Of a DNA stretch of 64,000 bases, positions 36,980 to 51,400 are shown piece by piece; within the stretch, counting starts at the first letter, position 1, and every line of letters begins with the position of its first letter. The position numbers were made by a program, and so were the translations under genes. The notes beneath the pieces were generated by a model. It was not told where the DNA came from and did no database searches. It saw nothing but the letters and a program-made list of their open reading frames with translations. Origin of the DNA: Haplodiscus bocki. Lineage: Eukaryota. The DNA is taken from the NCBI GenBank assembly GCA_965655095.1, contig OZ296657.1, positions 15,996,001 through 16,060,000 of the forward strand. The letters run 5' to 3'.

Positions 36980-38520
36980 AAGAAAGGTCTAAAGAGATTC
37001 TGTTCGTTTGCGGGCGCCGAGAAAGAAAAGACTATGTTGTGGCATCAGCAACTCGCTGACAAACAATTTACATTTGTTAGAGTTCTGGGGTACACGTTGG
37101 TTGATATTTCTGACAACCAATCTTTTTGACAAATTATGCTGCCCGACGTTTTGAGAATTGATAATTCCTTCATGCTTTCACGTGATTTTCAAAGCGTCAA
37201 CTTGTTTTCACGTATAACTTGGAGCCGATGCCTGCCATTTCAACAGTCTTTACTATTTCAGCTAGAGTTTTTGTTCTGCTGTTGATTTCCTTTAGTCAAA
37301 AGAGTCAAAAGCGGAGTGCCTTGAAAAATTGCAAGCTTTTGCAAACAATTATTGAAACAAAAAGCCGTGCCGTTCTGATAATGAGAAATTTACCTTCTGT
37401 AAATTTTTTGCAGTTTTTCGTTCCCGAACCGAATCAAGCAACCTCCCGCCGTTCCTTTTTGATCTCATCAACGTTTGAAGGTTCTTGTTGCATGCTGTAG
37501 AGGACCAAAATTGGTAAAGAATTTTGTGTCCAAGCGCTGAGAGCTCCCTTCTACATTTCAGTCCGTTGTTTTACTGCAAGCTTCTTGAGAAACAGGACTG
37601 TTTCAGAATTGATTTCAGGCTCAAAACTTGAAGTTTATTGGATTTGAACATATCTGCTGCAAAGTTCTCAGACATAATGAACGTCTGAAAACAAAGTGGC
37701 CAAAAAGGTGCGAATGACTCAGATACCTGCGCTTTTGTGTCTCATAATCCGATCTAAAATTCAACCTCTTTTCCCTCATTGCGACTTTGACGAACAGTTT
37801 TTTTTCACAATTATGGACATCCGAACATCAATCATTACTGATAGAAACCAATAGAGACATGGAGAATCTTGAAATCAAATTTGATCTTGTTTTCCAAACC
37901 CAAGGTTTCTGGTGATGATTTTCGACTGAAGAATGTTTTTCTACATTTTGTATTAAACCAACGCCTTGCCGATTTGGAAAGGTTATTGTCGAAAAAACAG
38001 AGGAGCTAGAACAGAAGACGGTTTAATCTTGCTAGCAATCAGGAAAGTTCATCAAAACACCAGTATACTTTGACGACTTTGTACTCATTTAATGTTGCTA
38101 CGGATGACTCCCTAACTTATGGAGAAGCTTTGCATTTTTCGATGAGAATCAAATGGTCAACAATCACACTGATAAAAAACGAATCATACTGTAAAACAAG
38201 AGCTGAGAGCTTTCGTTCCTCCACAGGGTAACCGAATGCTTTAAAAAACATAACAACCGGGGAACAATTGAGAAGTTTGAAGTCCGCTATGATGTGACTG
38301 TAGGTTTTTCACAAGATTTTTGAGGATAAGAGAGTTTCGCTTGCAAGAGAATTTCATCTTTAAGAAAACCGTTTTGCGTTCGCAAATTCTTGGCTTGTTT
38401 TGAAATTTTGGATAGATGTCTGGCCAGTTTTTCTTACTGTTGATCGGAAAGATGAATTAAATGTTAATGAAACTAAAGGGTTGAATCAAGCAAGGGCCTA
38501 TCATTTCACGCTCTCAACAA
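36980..38520 (+). mobile_element. Ty1/Copia LTR retrotransposon fragments
   Basis: MLWHQQLA (GAG-pre-integrase LWHxRLGH) at ~37034. LTYGEAL...W, then NRGTIEKFEVRY...GFSQ (cf. GxIEKYKARLVAKGFSQ) at ~38110-38320. IDVWPVFLTVDRKDELNVNETKGL (cf. MDVxxAFLNGxLxEEIYVxQPxGF) at ~38410-38485. Confidence 0.7.
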
Positions 38521-40429
38521 CTCTTTACCTCTCAGCCAAATCTCAACCACAGACAGTGTTCAAGAAAATAATCTTTGCTTCCCTAACAACTCGGCTGTAT
38601 TCACATTACATCGTTTCTTTTGCATGTCTGTCCTTAACTCTGGTTTTAGGCCATTGAAGGTCTTTCAACTATCTTCTACCTTCCACTTGTGGAAGCAACC
38701 TTCTGAACCACTGCCGTGACACGAAATATCATCTTCCTCAGTGGTTCGTTGGGTGCAGTAACCCTAATACACTTCCTGGTCCCTCACCCAGCTGTGGTGT
38801 TAAGGATCGATGCAGATAAATGGAGGTCGAGCAATTACGAACTCCAAAACTTACTGCTAAATTCCAAAGGATTTGTTTGTGAGCAATTATCAGCCAATGA
38901 CAAAAAAGAGGCGCAGTGGCACTGAGGCAATGTCCGTCGGGGAGGCTGAGAAACAAGTGAGTGAAAGTACATCAGAGAATTCTCAGACAGACCCAGTAGT
39001 TGGGACGGAAGGCGGCTCGAAGGGGGGGGGTGGGGGGGATATAACTGGGCCAAATGAAGTATTAATCAGGATCTTTGTCATGTCATCATCAGAAGGATCT
39101 CCACGATAAATGCAAAGAAAATCAGGCCTTAACAAAATGAAAAGGATTATAAACAAAATCAACAAAATCAGGTAGCATCTGTTTCGTTCCCAAAAAACAT
39201 GCCAGAAAATTTGACCGCGTCTCAGTTATGTCGGAGTTTTTTGGCTGCTCCCAAGAAAACTCGGTTGGGGAAGAGAGCTTTGAAACACTTTTCGTTTAGG
39301 GGGATTTCCAATGAATTTTTATCCTGGTGGCATTGAGCGAAACGAGACAGTAACAATGTACACTTGCTGTAATGAAGTGTGTTTTTCTGCACTACACGGC
39401 TACAGGTAATCTTAAAATCAAAAATTAATTGATCTGTCAGTGTTCGAACGTATGCAGTTGGACATGGATGGAATATTTGCCAGACATGCTAGTCACTAGC
39501 CAATCCGGGTTGACGACCATACAAAAAAACATGGAAATCATGGAAAGTGGTGATCTATTAGAATGGTGATCTATTAGAACATGAAAGCCATAAAAAGTTC
39601 CATAAAAGTGTATGGTAGCATGCAAATTATAAAAAGACCATAACTAACTATGAATCCATACAAGTCATACACTGTACCATAGTGTGGGAAAGCATGCGCG
39701 AATTCTATAAGAATTTAACGTATTCTAGTGAACAAAAATTTGACTTCAAATACTGATGCAAAACTTACAATAAAGTGTGAAGTTCAAAACGTCTGGCAAA
39801 AACATGACTGCGGAACATAATAAATGCTACCTACGTTCATTTTTGGTTGCCTAGAATTAAACAGGAGATCTTGTGAAATCACATTCCCGAAAGGTATAGA
39901 CTACTGTGACGTATTGTTGGACAAACAAGGACAAAGCTATTAGGTCTTTCTTTCCGGACAAAAGTTGGAAAGTTGATCTCCGAAAGTCAATGACGGGCGT
40001 TCTCATAGGCAAGTCTTGAAATTTTCAAGTCCCTTGAATTACTCCAAACGATGTAAATGAGAAATTGAATGCTGTTTGTCGAAAGAAAATTTTTCAAGGA
40101 AAACATGAAAACCATAGTCTGTCGTAAAATGATTCCGGTTGATCCATACTCTGCCAAAGAAAAAAAACAGTAAAATAATGGCATTACCATTAACACTTTT
40201 TTTTGAATGACTGTTTATGATGCATAACATGATTTGCATGTCAGGTTAATCAAGGTATATTAGTTTGAATTATTGTGGATACCATTTAACCATAATGGAT
40301 CGGTTAATATTGTTTAGATGAACACTTCCAACATATTTGTTTCCTAATGTTATTGATTAAACCGTTACAATCATTAATATTGTAGCGAGAAGGAGGGAAG
40401 CGAGAATGCATTATTGGTCTTCTTTTGGC

Positions 40430-41420
40430 TTATCGAATTTTCGCAGAAAACGTGACATCTTTTAAATTCTTTTTTGAAACGTGCCTATTTCCGAGACTAA
40501 TTGTAGTACCCGAATCATTTTCTCATAGAAAATGGCGCATGATTATGAGCTACTTTTGGCCAAAAAACTTTTGAAATCATTTCAGCCAACATGGGTTTTT
40601 TATGGGAAACATTTTCAAAAATCGTAATTCTGCTTGTGGCATACAATCGATTTTGTTTGAAGCGTCTATATTTCTGAGCATATTAAACTTTAGCAGCATG
40701 TAAGGCGAAAATTTTTCCGAAAGCTGGAACTCTGATAAAATGCAATTTTTTTCGGAGAATAATTACTTTTTACCTAAATGAGAAGTTTTCTGTGTTTTCC
40801 TGGAGGAATTGGTAAACTCCTGGAGTTATGATCGAATGTAGTATGCTTCATCTTTTGAAGATTTGAAATTTTTGCAGCTTGCATTGAATTGCTGTAGGAA
40901 CCAGCCTTATTTTGTACATGTACAGCGCATGGAACACTCGAATATTCCAGGCGCTTTTACTCAAAGCCCGAGCACAACGCTCGTCGCGCGTATGTTTTTC
41001 ATTTTTCACTATATTTATAGTATGGGAGGAAAATCATTCACTCAATGCCATCATTTTTTAAATGCTGTTTGACAATTAATAATATCTGGCTGCTATGTTA
41101 TTGAATTTTTTTGTCACCAAATTATAGCAAAATTGCCGCAGAATGCGACTAAAATAGTAAGACTTTTCAAAACGCACGAAGTTTGTTTTTTGAAAAAAAT
41201 ACATGGGTTTTTTGAAAATTGTTAGAGCTGGCAGATTTGCTGTGGAATTCGTATAAAATGATAATATTTCATCAAAATGTCTTTATTCCACCTAAATTGA
41301 GGTTTTTTTGCAGAAAGCAGAAAAATTTTAAACTTGGAAAAATTGTCAAAGTTTGCTGAATGAGTATTTTTCTCAATAGACATTTTCATCCTTACAGAAG
41401 GTTTCTTTAGCAAAACTAGA
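40430..41420 (-). repeat. Non-autonomous interspersed repeat, same family as 18330-18700
   Basis: Reverse-complement matches to 18540-18690 at ~41130-41160 and ~41225-41260. No coding capacity. Confidence 0.55.
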
Positions 41421-43189
41421 GAGCGGAAAGATGCCGGTGTTGGCCGGTAGTCTTGTTTTATTTGGAGTTGAAACCGTTCTTTGTTTCTACCGAGTCATTT
41501 TCGCCTTCATCAGCACAAATTTCTTTCTTCTCATCAGCACAACTGTTTCATACCGTTGACCAGTGCGAAAGAAACAAAACAAACTTTACGTCGTTCACTT
41601 GTTCCTTCGAGACTATTTCCGAACTGGGGTAGGCTTCTTCTCTTCTTGCTTTGAATTCATCAATATGAAAAAATAATTAGCACTACTTGTCCCAGCCGCA
41701 GACAAACGGAGAACGTGATCGACGAAAGATTGTGAGCTGCTTTTCCATTCCATTAATTGGAGCCTGATAGCCATTTCCGCTTGCAAGAAACAGACTGCAA
41801 GGAAATTAACCTACGTTCATTTAACCACTTTTTCAATCGAGCCTTGGTTTATTTTGTCAAAGTTTTCACAGTCTGTAAACTAAATTGTGCCGAAATTGTG
41901 AAAATCATCACTCTTGTGAGGAAATGGAATTGGGGCAAGATATGATTTTTATTTCCTATGGCTGCAAGAACTAAACTTGATTCGATAGGGTTCGCAGAAA
42001 AGATTTGCAATACGGAAGCTCAAGATAACCAGTTGTCAGCATCAGGTGCTCTAAAGAATACCTTCAAATTGATAACTGCCACAAAACAACTGACAGTCAC
42101 ACCTGGTACTTGCGGAAGTCCTCTCGTTCAACTAGTTTTAATTTGGGCTAGAACTAAAACCTTTTTCCACGAAGGGTCACAGATTTCATTTCAGATGTGT
42201 ATGAGTTGTGGTTACAATGACAACCAAGCTCAAGGAAAGGTTTCCAATCGATCTTTCTTCTGTTTCCTCATTTAGTTAGGTTCACTGAAATTTGAAAAGT
42301 AGGTTTTCTCAAAAAAGCACCAGTGTTGGGGGCGTTTTCGGAAAAGTGTTGTGTTGAAGCAGTTCGTTATCCCATTTCATCGTAGCGTGTTCTCAATTCC
42401 ATCATTTTCTGCAATTTAGTTGAATAGGATTCTTTCGCCCAATTTTCTTGAAAAAATGATTCGCATATCTTGTTGCTCTGGGCCTTGGATTTACACTTGG
42501 TCTCTCCTGGTCGCTGTTGATAATAATTTTATTACTTCAGATGCACCTGCAGATTTATTTCCTTTGTCTATATTCGGCTAAGGTTGGTATTTGATAGGCA
42601 TAAGACCTTTGAATAAGTTGATGAAACCGAATAAAATGCAACAATTTTTTTGAAAATTTGCTCAATTTTATCTTTTGTAGGCATTTTTTTGTAGGCATAT
42701 ACAAAGCAACGATTAGTATACATTTCCTATCATAAGCGTTCATATTTTGAAAACTTGATTTTTTTTACTTAATTTAAGCATGCATAAAGCAGTTCCCGAT
42801 CAGTTTAGTCTATCAAAGACAATCGCAATTTTAAAAACTGATGCATTTCTCCTTGTATAAACAATCCATGAAGCAACTGCCGGAAAAATAAAGGTTATAA
42901 GAGGCATTTAATTTACGGAAGTTTGAAACGATTAATTGTATTAGCATGCATAAAACAACTCATGGATTAAATTAGCCTCCGATAGGCATTTTTATTGTGA
43001 AAGATTTATGCATTCGACTCAGTATAAGGATTCACAAGTCCACCCTCGACACAGTTTACCATTACACTAGGATTTATAATATGAAAGATAGATGCATTTT
43101 TGGTATGCGCGTGCATATGCAAGCTCATGTATTGCAATAGATTAATGTATGCAGTCATGTTTAAGGAAAACTAAGGCCTTTTACATAGA

Positions 43190-44620
43190 ATAGGTAGACG
43201 TAACTCACCTCTTGGAAAAATTTGGCCGACTATAGGCACCCATGATTGTTTTGGTTTCCCATAGACATTGGAAGATTGATGGAATATTATCATAGGTGTC
43301 GTCTGTGCCAAAGTCTTGTGTAGACTGGCTCTGAGAGACGCTCGCTTCAGGATGAGGATCATTCTGGGAGCGGTCCTCATTCGTTCCCTGGCTCTCTCCA
43401 TAAGCATTCCGAGACGTCTCCGGAAAGACTCTCAATTAGTTGGTTCAGAAAAAACTCGTCAAGGCAATATAGAGCGCCTAAAATGCAACTCTCAGTCCTA
43501 CTGAACTCCTGGGACAACTTTTTCGTTACTCTACTCTCGATTTCCTCTGAGACTTGCGTGATAGAATCCTATGGTGATCTGGGAACATTTGGAACCGGCC
43601 CCTGGTTGCTTCTGGGATGTTCCTCGTGATTCTCGTTGTTGAGGGCTGCTAGTTTTCGCTGATTTCTCATAGTTCCAACTTTCTACGGGAAAACGGAAAA
43701 CTAACAGCGGCGATGACTGAATTACTTTTTTTAAAGAAATCGACGTGCTAACGGTTACAATGATTGTCGTAAGAGAAAGAGAAAATGAAAGAGTCACTGG
43801 TTAGTATCGTCAGTACAAACATTTCTCTTTTGGTACATCCATTTCTCCTAATAATACTTTTCCCTTGGCGGGAAACATGACTGTTTACTTGCCAAATCAA
43901 GGTGCAAACGCAAAAAAAGTACTCTTTAAAAAAACATGAAAGACTGAAAAGCCGACACTGACGGGAAATAAACACCTTTCCCATCGATTTCCTCCCTCAT
44001 AGGACGCCTCTTTTCCGTCTCTTGACAGAAAATGGTCGGAACTATTCGGTCAGAAATAGACATCAAAGTGCTTATTCCCGCGCTGACATCTTATTCTACA
44101 AGTACAACTCCTTTCCATAATTGGGATAAAGGCAGATAAAAGGCAAATTTAGGGAAATTGATGAGATATGAGCAGCTATCGTGGAAATAGAAAAATGACA
44201 CTGAAACAAAATAATCATCACATTTCGTGCACATTTCATCATGTACTAAGTCATTATTCTTATTCTTTAGAAATGAAGAGAAACAAGTAGCACTACTAGT
44301 TCACTCCTCATTCAAACGAGTAACTACTAGTGGTTCCCGGAATATTTCCGTAGCCAGCAGTAGTAGCAGTAGAATCAGGAGGGCTGTGCTCAACTGAGGA
44401 GTGAATAAGGAGTCACTCCCTATTCAGCACAGTACTGCAGCACGGCATAGTTGGTGGAATGGAAATGACGTCACCAGACTTGTAGCGACGGATCACGTAT
44501 GGAACATATATTCACTCCGAGCGTCAAAAAACACTGCAATTCAATCAAGTTACTTGTGGCTCAGTTTTGATTATTAGCCCTGTTCTAAACTGCGCTTATT
44601 GCAATCAATCAAATTAGTTA
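43190..44620 (-). mobile_element. Probable LTR-retrotransposon 5' region/LTR-like segment
   Basis: Hydrophilic Ser/Gln/Asn-rich broken ORF (…NEDRSQNDPHPEASVSQSQSTQDFG…) typical of pre-gag sequence, with an adjacent higher-GC non-coding block at 44220-44600. No paired LTR or PBS verified. Confidence 0.35.
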
Positions 44621-47149
44621 CACTGAAAAGGTGGATTTATTATTAATGATTTAGTATGTAGATTAAAATAAAAATAGCATTTTTCAAGTTAAAATCCCAT
44701 GTGAATATTTGTTCGCTCTCTAAGTGTTCCGTCCTAGTCTGGGTTGGTCTAGTTCGGCGATCCGTTTTTAATACGGATCGGTATCCATGTATAGTACATG
44801 AAGTTACGTATGGAAACTTATTGTATCAGACATGAGATTTTAGGTTGCATTCTGATTTTTGGGTAGTCTTTTCTCTAAATAGGGGTTGACTGAAAGTTTC
44901 GCAGGTGTGCTGCGACAAATATATTTAGTATTGGCTAACATAACCGCACTAGTCGATGCAGTTGGACTCCACTACCTAACCACACACTATAAGATTATAG
45001 AAATGCATTTGGTATAGACTGTAAAAGTTGAAATCTTCGATTGTTTTGGTATGGAGTAGGCATCTATATTTTGCATGATTGATGAAAAATACTCAGTACA
45101 TGCTTAGATATTCGAACTCTTAATTTGCTTCGATTTGCAGCGAGGCATCATTATTCTGACTAATGGTGGAATGAATTGAGCTAAAACCTTGATTTCCGAT
45201 CTCTTAGATGGTTTTGACTTCTTGTAGGCATCCAATTTTTGAGACACTGATAAAAAAAAACGTAGCACGTGCGTTCATTTTGGGAATTCCTGGTTTGCTT
45301 TGATTTGCGATGGGAATCTTTACATCGGATGATTGCTGAAGTTAACATAACAGAAGGCCAAAAATTAAGATCATGACTTGTTTCCTTGTATAACAAAAAG
45401 AATGAAAGTTATGCAAAGGGAAATCTACTTTCTTTTCACGCACTAGTTAGTATGTGTTTCCAAGCCATGGGCAACCCTATACCAAATGATTTCACCGCAA
45501 AACGTTTTCTCAAATTTTTTGTGCGCTTGAACCAAGTCAATACAAATATCAGCAAGCACCTGAACGCTTTTAAAGTTCCATTTGACAAAAATCTGAAAGA
45601 AAGGCACTTCAATCACTGTTCTCGCTGAACAATTTCGCTCATGTTTTTAGTCTTTGTGTTCCTTCGTCCATATCCTAATCCTCAAATTCGGTATTTTTTT
45701 CCAGATTATATAGCAGAATTCATTCTCTTTTTTCATTTTTTTCATAACGACATGAAAATCACTGCTGTTTGTTTTGATGATCTTGTTCCTGTGTCTGTAT
45801 ATCATCGACTTCGATTCCAATGGTTGCATTTTTGGATATTGACACTTCTTCTCGCTCAGATTCGGCAACGTTGTTTGATGCATCAAGATTGTTGAGTGAG
45901 TGAGGACGTTGGGATCTCCGCAGTTCGCTTTTAGACACTGCGGAATAGTTGCTTTATTTGTCTGATTGAAGTAATTGCAGATCAAATTTCGAGGTACTCA
46001 GCCACTTTTTACACCGGATTGAGCACTTTCATTCAGAATCCGAATTGGAAAAAAACCCAGAAGCGTCGAAAAAAGCAAATGACTGGAAAGTTTGCGTTCT
46101 TTGACGGTGTTGTTGGGAAAAGTACCCGGACAAACCTTCCATTGAGACACGGTCTAATTTCAATGACACAGGTAATGAAAACTTCAAGGCCTAAAAGGCG
46201 GCAACATTAAGTTTTTTTAAAAAAGAATCAACTTAGGCAAAATCATCTTCTTAACGTTTTTTGATAGCCATTCAATATGATACGTTAAAAAACGTGTGAA
46301 ATTGATGCTCCGGAAGTTCTTGTGCTACTAAATGTTGCCAAATGCAACTCTTAGTTTCTCTACAAAAGCGTGGACGACAGCCTTTCTTTCCATAGCATGA
46401 CAAACGCCAATTGATGAAATAACTTTTAAAATGTTTTTGAGGCCTAATCAAAGGACAGAATTTCTTGTGTTTCTGCTGCGTTCTAGTTTTTTTCCGAATT
46501 TTGTGAAATGTAATTCCAAATTGTTTGATAGGTTTCCCTGTTGCAGAATTGTTTTTAACCCAATGAAACCGGATAAACGTCTTTCGACACAAATGAAGGG
46601 GATTAATGTGTGTTGGCGGTAATCGGGTTAGAATACTGGGACGGTAAAAAGACTGTCTGTATATAGGTGAAATTGTTTAGGTGATTTCTCGAATTGGTGT
46701 TACAGAACAATTAGGAGAAAGACCACATTTAGCACAATAACGTTTTCGATTATCTCATGATTGAATCAATAAAGAACCGGAGAGATTGTATGTTTTGTCT
46801 CGGTGCCAGTCCTTGAATTTCGTTCCCGGACCCAACTATGAACATCGGGCGTTGACCTGCTTTACCTCGCAGTATATTTTAGGAAAACAATGTGTGTGTA
46901 GCGGAGCTCAACATGTCAACCTAGTTTGCATTGAGAGGAAGAGTCGTTTTTCATGCTGAAAGTACTCAAACCGCGATCTCGTCTAACAGCAACAAACTAT
47001 TCTGAGATGCAAATCACTGCACACAAACTGTCAAAGATCAGCAAAGAAAATTTACACCTGTTATTTATCAACGAATCAATGAACTCAAAGTCTACACCCT
47101 GAGCAAAAAATGAAAAAATCACAAAATCGCTTGATATAATTATGTCGCT

Positions 47150-47950
47150 GCGACTGCTGATCAAAAAAAGAAATTTTTCACAATTTTGATAGAATCGTTA
47201 CATTTTTACGACAAATGTACTTTAGTTCCAATTTTGCGTTCTCGGGAAGTCCACCGATGGATTTTAGGACGAAGTTTTTAAAAGTTATCAACAACTTCGT
47301 AGTCCGGTAGATCCCTATGAAATTTTTCCTGATACAAAAGAGAAAACATTCACTGTCCCAGGTGTTTGGCCATGCGATTTTGACCGATGAAAATTCCAAT
47401 TGGAAACAATCTTTTCTATTCAACAGATTGAGAAGAAATTGAGACTTAGCAACAATCAATGATCTGGTATATGTTTTTCCAATCAAAACCACGGTTTTTG
47501 CTTAATTGTCGTCGTTGAAAAAATGTTTCTTCAGCTTTTTGCTATCATCTCAATCAGGTTTCAAACTGATGAACTCAATCTTTCAGGAATCATTTTTTGC
47601 AAAATAGGTCAGTCCTTTTTAACACACTAGAAGGTACACACGGACAAAATAAAAGACAACAAAGTAGTTTCTTCGTATGTTGCATATTCCAATAGCCGAT
47701 AATTTGTGATTCAAGCTAAGTATAAAGTGGAAAATTTGAGCATTTATAAATTTTTTCATCGGTTTTGCGCCCTTTGATTTTTCGATTTCTGGGGCAACGA
47801 TAACTGTCCATTTTTTCAAAAACCTATCAAACTGCCAAAATTTGCTCCTTTTTTTACATTTCTGCAAAAAGGTTAGTCCATACATCATCGGAAAGAACTT
47901 TTGGGAGCTCAATCTGGTCGACATGACCACTGCTTTACACAATTCATTGC
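47150..47950 (-). pseudogene. Virus-like element ORF remnant adjacent to copy 2 (possible helicase N-terminal region)
   Basis: Two consecutive >100-codon minus-strand fragments (47178-47492, 47619-47942), including LLNLLNRKDCFQL...ECFLFCIRKNF. No diagnostic catalytic motif. Confidence 0.25.
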
Positions 47951-48449
47951 AGTTTTTTTCTACATCAAAAAACTCTCGTAGAGTTGTTTTATTCAGAAGA
48001 CAAAATGAGTAATTTAAGGCTTCGCAGCTGTAAAAATCCTAACTCTACAAAACTTTCGCTTCTGGAAGCTCAATAATAAGTAAACTGCAAAATATGGTGC
48101 ATCAGATATTGTTGAAGAAAAGAGTGGAACGTAGGAAATGCTTTAGGTGAACAAAAAGTAGTCCCCTCACGAGACCCAGCAAGCTTGAATTTGGATTTAT
48201 TTCAAATTAATAACACTAACGGAATCCTTTGACACCGTGCAATTGAGTCCAGCAGCATTGAGTAGGTTGACAATTAGGCTAAATGTTTTGGGGCAATAGA
48301 GTACAAAGTCCAAAATCGACTATCAAAATTTAAATCAGTCCAGCTGCAGTTGTAGTGTAGCGTTAGCAAAACACCAGCAACTTTGACGGTAATGGGGTTC
48401 AACTCAAATTGACAGAGAACAATTCATTGGCATAATTTTGGATCGTTGC

Positions 48450-51400
48450 GTTGTCATTGTATACGACGACGCAAAAGTTGATAAATGAGTCAAGTTTCAT
48501 CAACAAAGGAAGTTTTGTTTCTTGCGACCTTCCCTTGAAACCATTCACCACTAGAAATTTCCCTCAGGCACAAAATCGTCCATTACAATTTGTTTCCAAA
48601 AACATGTTACTTTTCGACCCATAAATGTTTGTTAAGTGAGCTGGAGTAAAAGTTTCTATTTAGAGGAACCATTAGGATCGTAGTTTGCATATTTTTGTTT
48701 GTTATTGTATACAGCCCAATGTGGACAATAAGTTTCAATTGTGGGACCAGAGGTTTCGATATTCTAGAGTTTGTTGAATTTCCAGTGGATTCAGCGACTT
48801 TTTTCATGAGAGATTATCGGGAGTTGTTCGTAAAACAGGACAAAAAAACCCAATTTTTGTTTCGGCTGTAGAAAAAAGCGTCTGTTTCCTCCAATGTAAC
48901 AACCCGTTCTGGTTGGAAAAAAAACACAGAAAAAACTTGCATAAATTTTGAATGAGACTTGGCATTTAGGCTCATGAGCAATATTAAAAAAATAAACGGA
49001 ATTCAATGCTTCTACAAGATACAAACCTTTTAAAAATTATGCTTCATCTACACAATTTGTTGAAACTTCTCTTCCTCTTATTTCTAGCGAACAAGAGAAC
49101 TCAAGCATAGAAACGTTTTGATTCGTCCACAGTGCAAAAAAGTCGAAAAACTAACTGTGATTGAACGACTCACGGCATTAACCACTCCATGATCCAGCTG
49201 GAGTTGTTCGTCTTTATCCCTCGAAAATATTGGCATGTCAGGACACAAACTTTTAAACTTTTCCACTGCCAATTATTCTACGCTGCATCAACTAGCTGCT
49301 TTCGTAGTCTCAGAAAGTTGTTAACATCCGACCCTCTCTTCGATTGATTTTTCGGCAAAAGTTTGATGTAAAGTTTCCTGAAAACTTTCAGTTGAACAAT
49401 ATGGACGGAACGAACGGTTCAAATATGTTTTGACATTTTTCAATGTCCATGAAGTTTGTCCACTGGGCTTATCTACGGTAGCAGTAGTAATTTATGCCAT
49501 TACTGGCAATGGTTCGAACAAACTGACAGCTAGCTATTGTTGAAAAAGATTGAGGAGGAATGACTTTCGGTAGCGCGTTGCTAACAGCATTTTTTGGCAT
49601 CGTCCTTCGTAATTTTAGTAACCTTCATTGATCCATTTTCTTTAGTCAGCAACGCTACAAGTTTCAAAATGATTAAGTTCCTTCGTTTTTTGTTTTTTTT
49701 GGAAGCAACAAAAATTGAACTTTCATTTCATTATCTCAGGAAATCACAAATTTAAACAGATGACAGCTGAAGTTAAACATCCAATACACAGTTTTTCCGC
49801 GAAAACATCAGCAAGGAAATTTTTTCTGATCCACAAATATAAACAAAAAGGACATTTTCTGTGAAGAAACCTGCATGGCGCACTACGACCAGGTTAACCA
49901 CTTTTTACGAAGTTGCAAACATTACCTTTCACTCCTTGACGATAATGGAAAATTACTATAAAAAGGTGCGGTTTTACTCACTCATCAAAACATGGACGGC
50001 TTCTTCCTCGTACTAGAGTACCGACTAAAGAATATGGCGAAAAACATTGCCAGTGGTTGACATAAATTTGACAACAGGTTGTTTTTGTTAAGGTTGAAGA
50101 TTGCAATAAAAAAATTTCCGGTGAAGAAAACGAAAAAATTTCTTTGTGTTCCCGATAAAAAATTGAAGGAAATCAGTAGATCAGTGTCTGCCTAAAAACT
50201 TAGCCTAAATGACAAAAAAAATCGAAATGGAACTGATGAAATATATTGACAGATTTTCAAGATGCTATATTTACTTTCTAGGTAATTCAGTACATTTGAA
50301 CACACAATTTGTTCGAATTAACAAAATTTTGTAGACCTGGAAATATGAACAAATTGGAAGTAGTTTGAAAACGATTGCAAGTGCTAAGAATTCCCAACAG
50401 AAGAGAGAACCCGGTAAGCGAGAAAATGCCAACAATTAATGAGAAAACACCTCTTTGACGCTTCCTTTGGATCAGTCGTTGATGTTGATCATTGGTACTT
50501 TCACAGCATTATATATCGTCTCACAATCAATCAATTTTATGCATGGTTTCTTTCTGGCCCATAAAAAGTACTTTCCAGTCATTGGTTTTTGGTTGCTAAA
50601 TAAAATCGCTTAAAACAATAGCTGGAATTACAAAAAAATGTTCTTTCTCTGTTTGAAAGCGTTAAAACTGGCAACACAATCTAAGTTTTTCTATCGGGAT
50701 GAAACGCAGTTTTTCCCAGAGGCAGTGTGAAAGATTGTCTTTCAATTGCAAGGAAATACTTCTCACAGGATGCGCAAATTGACGCCTGTTGAACATTCAA
50801 GTAGTATATGTGGTGGCTATACTAAAGAAATTTTTCTCCTCGGTCACCTATGAAGAAAGTCGCCTTCCGTGTTGGCACCGAAAATTAACATGCAAAGGGA
50901 ACCTGAGATCTGACTGAGAAATTTCAGTTTCGAATCATAAGTCTGACAATATATTAGATTGTGATTGAAGTCTCTTGCAGTTTGTTAGACTTCGAAACGA
51001 CTTCATTCAAAAATCCAGAATTCGAATTAAACTGAGGAGCCATAAGGCTCGCATTTGTTTGATTTAACTGTGCGGAACAGTCACATGTTAGCTTTTAAGT
51101 GTTTTGTGAAAATGTAGGCTTCTAACAAGAAATCTCTGGCAAACATTAGATTTTGAATCAAAGAACTTTGAGAATTATCAACTTTTGAAAAAAACCGTAA
51201 ACGTGTCCAATCTTGCAAAAACGTGCACTGAAACGTTATTGAGTCAATTCTTATACCGGGTGTTAGAATATCAACCTGAGCAATCGTCTTTCTGATTTTT
51301 GCTTTCATCATGTGATCCAGAAAAAATCTTTACAAAACGTTTCCTTCCATCGAAGCAGAAAAAACGCAGCCGATATTATCTTGAATCAGTTAAAAATTCC

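Noticed and set aside
38873-39109. Gly/Ser-rich ORF as a host exon
   Set aside because: Depends on a G homopolymer tract and has no supported partner exons. It could be a retroelement ORF1 fragment but cannot be assigned.
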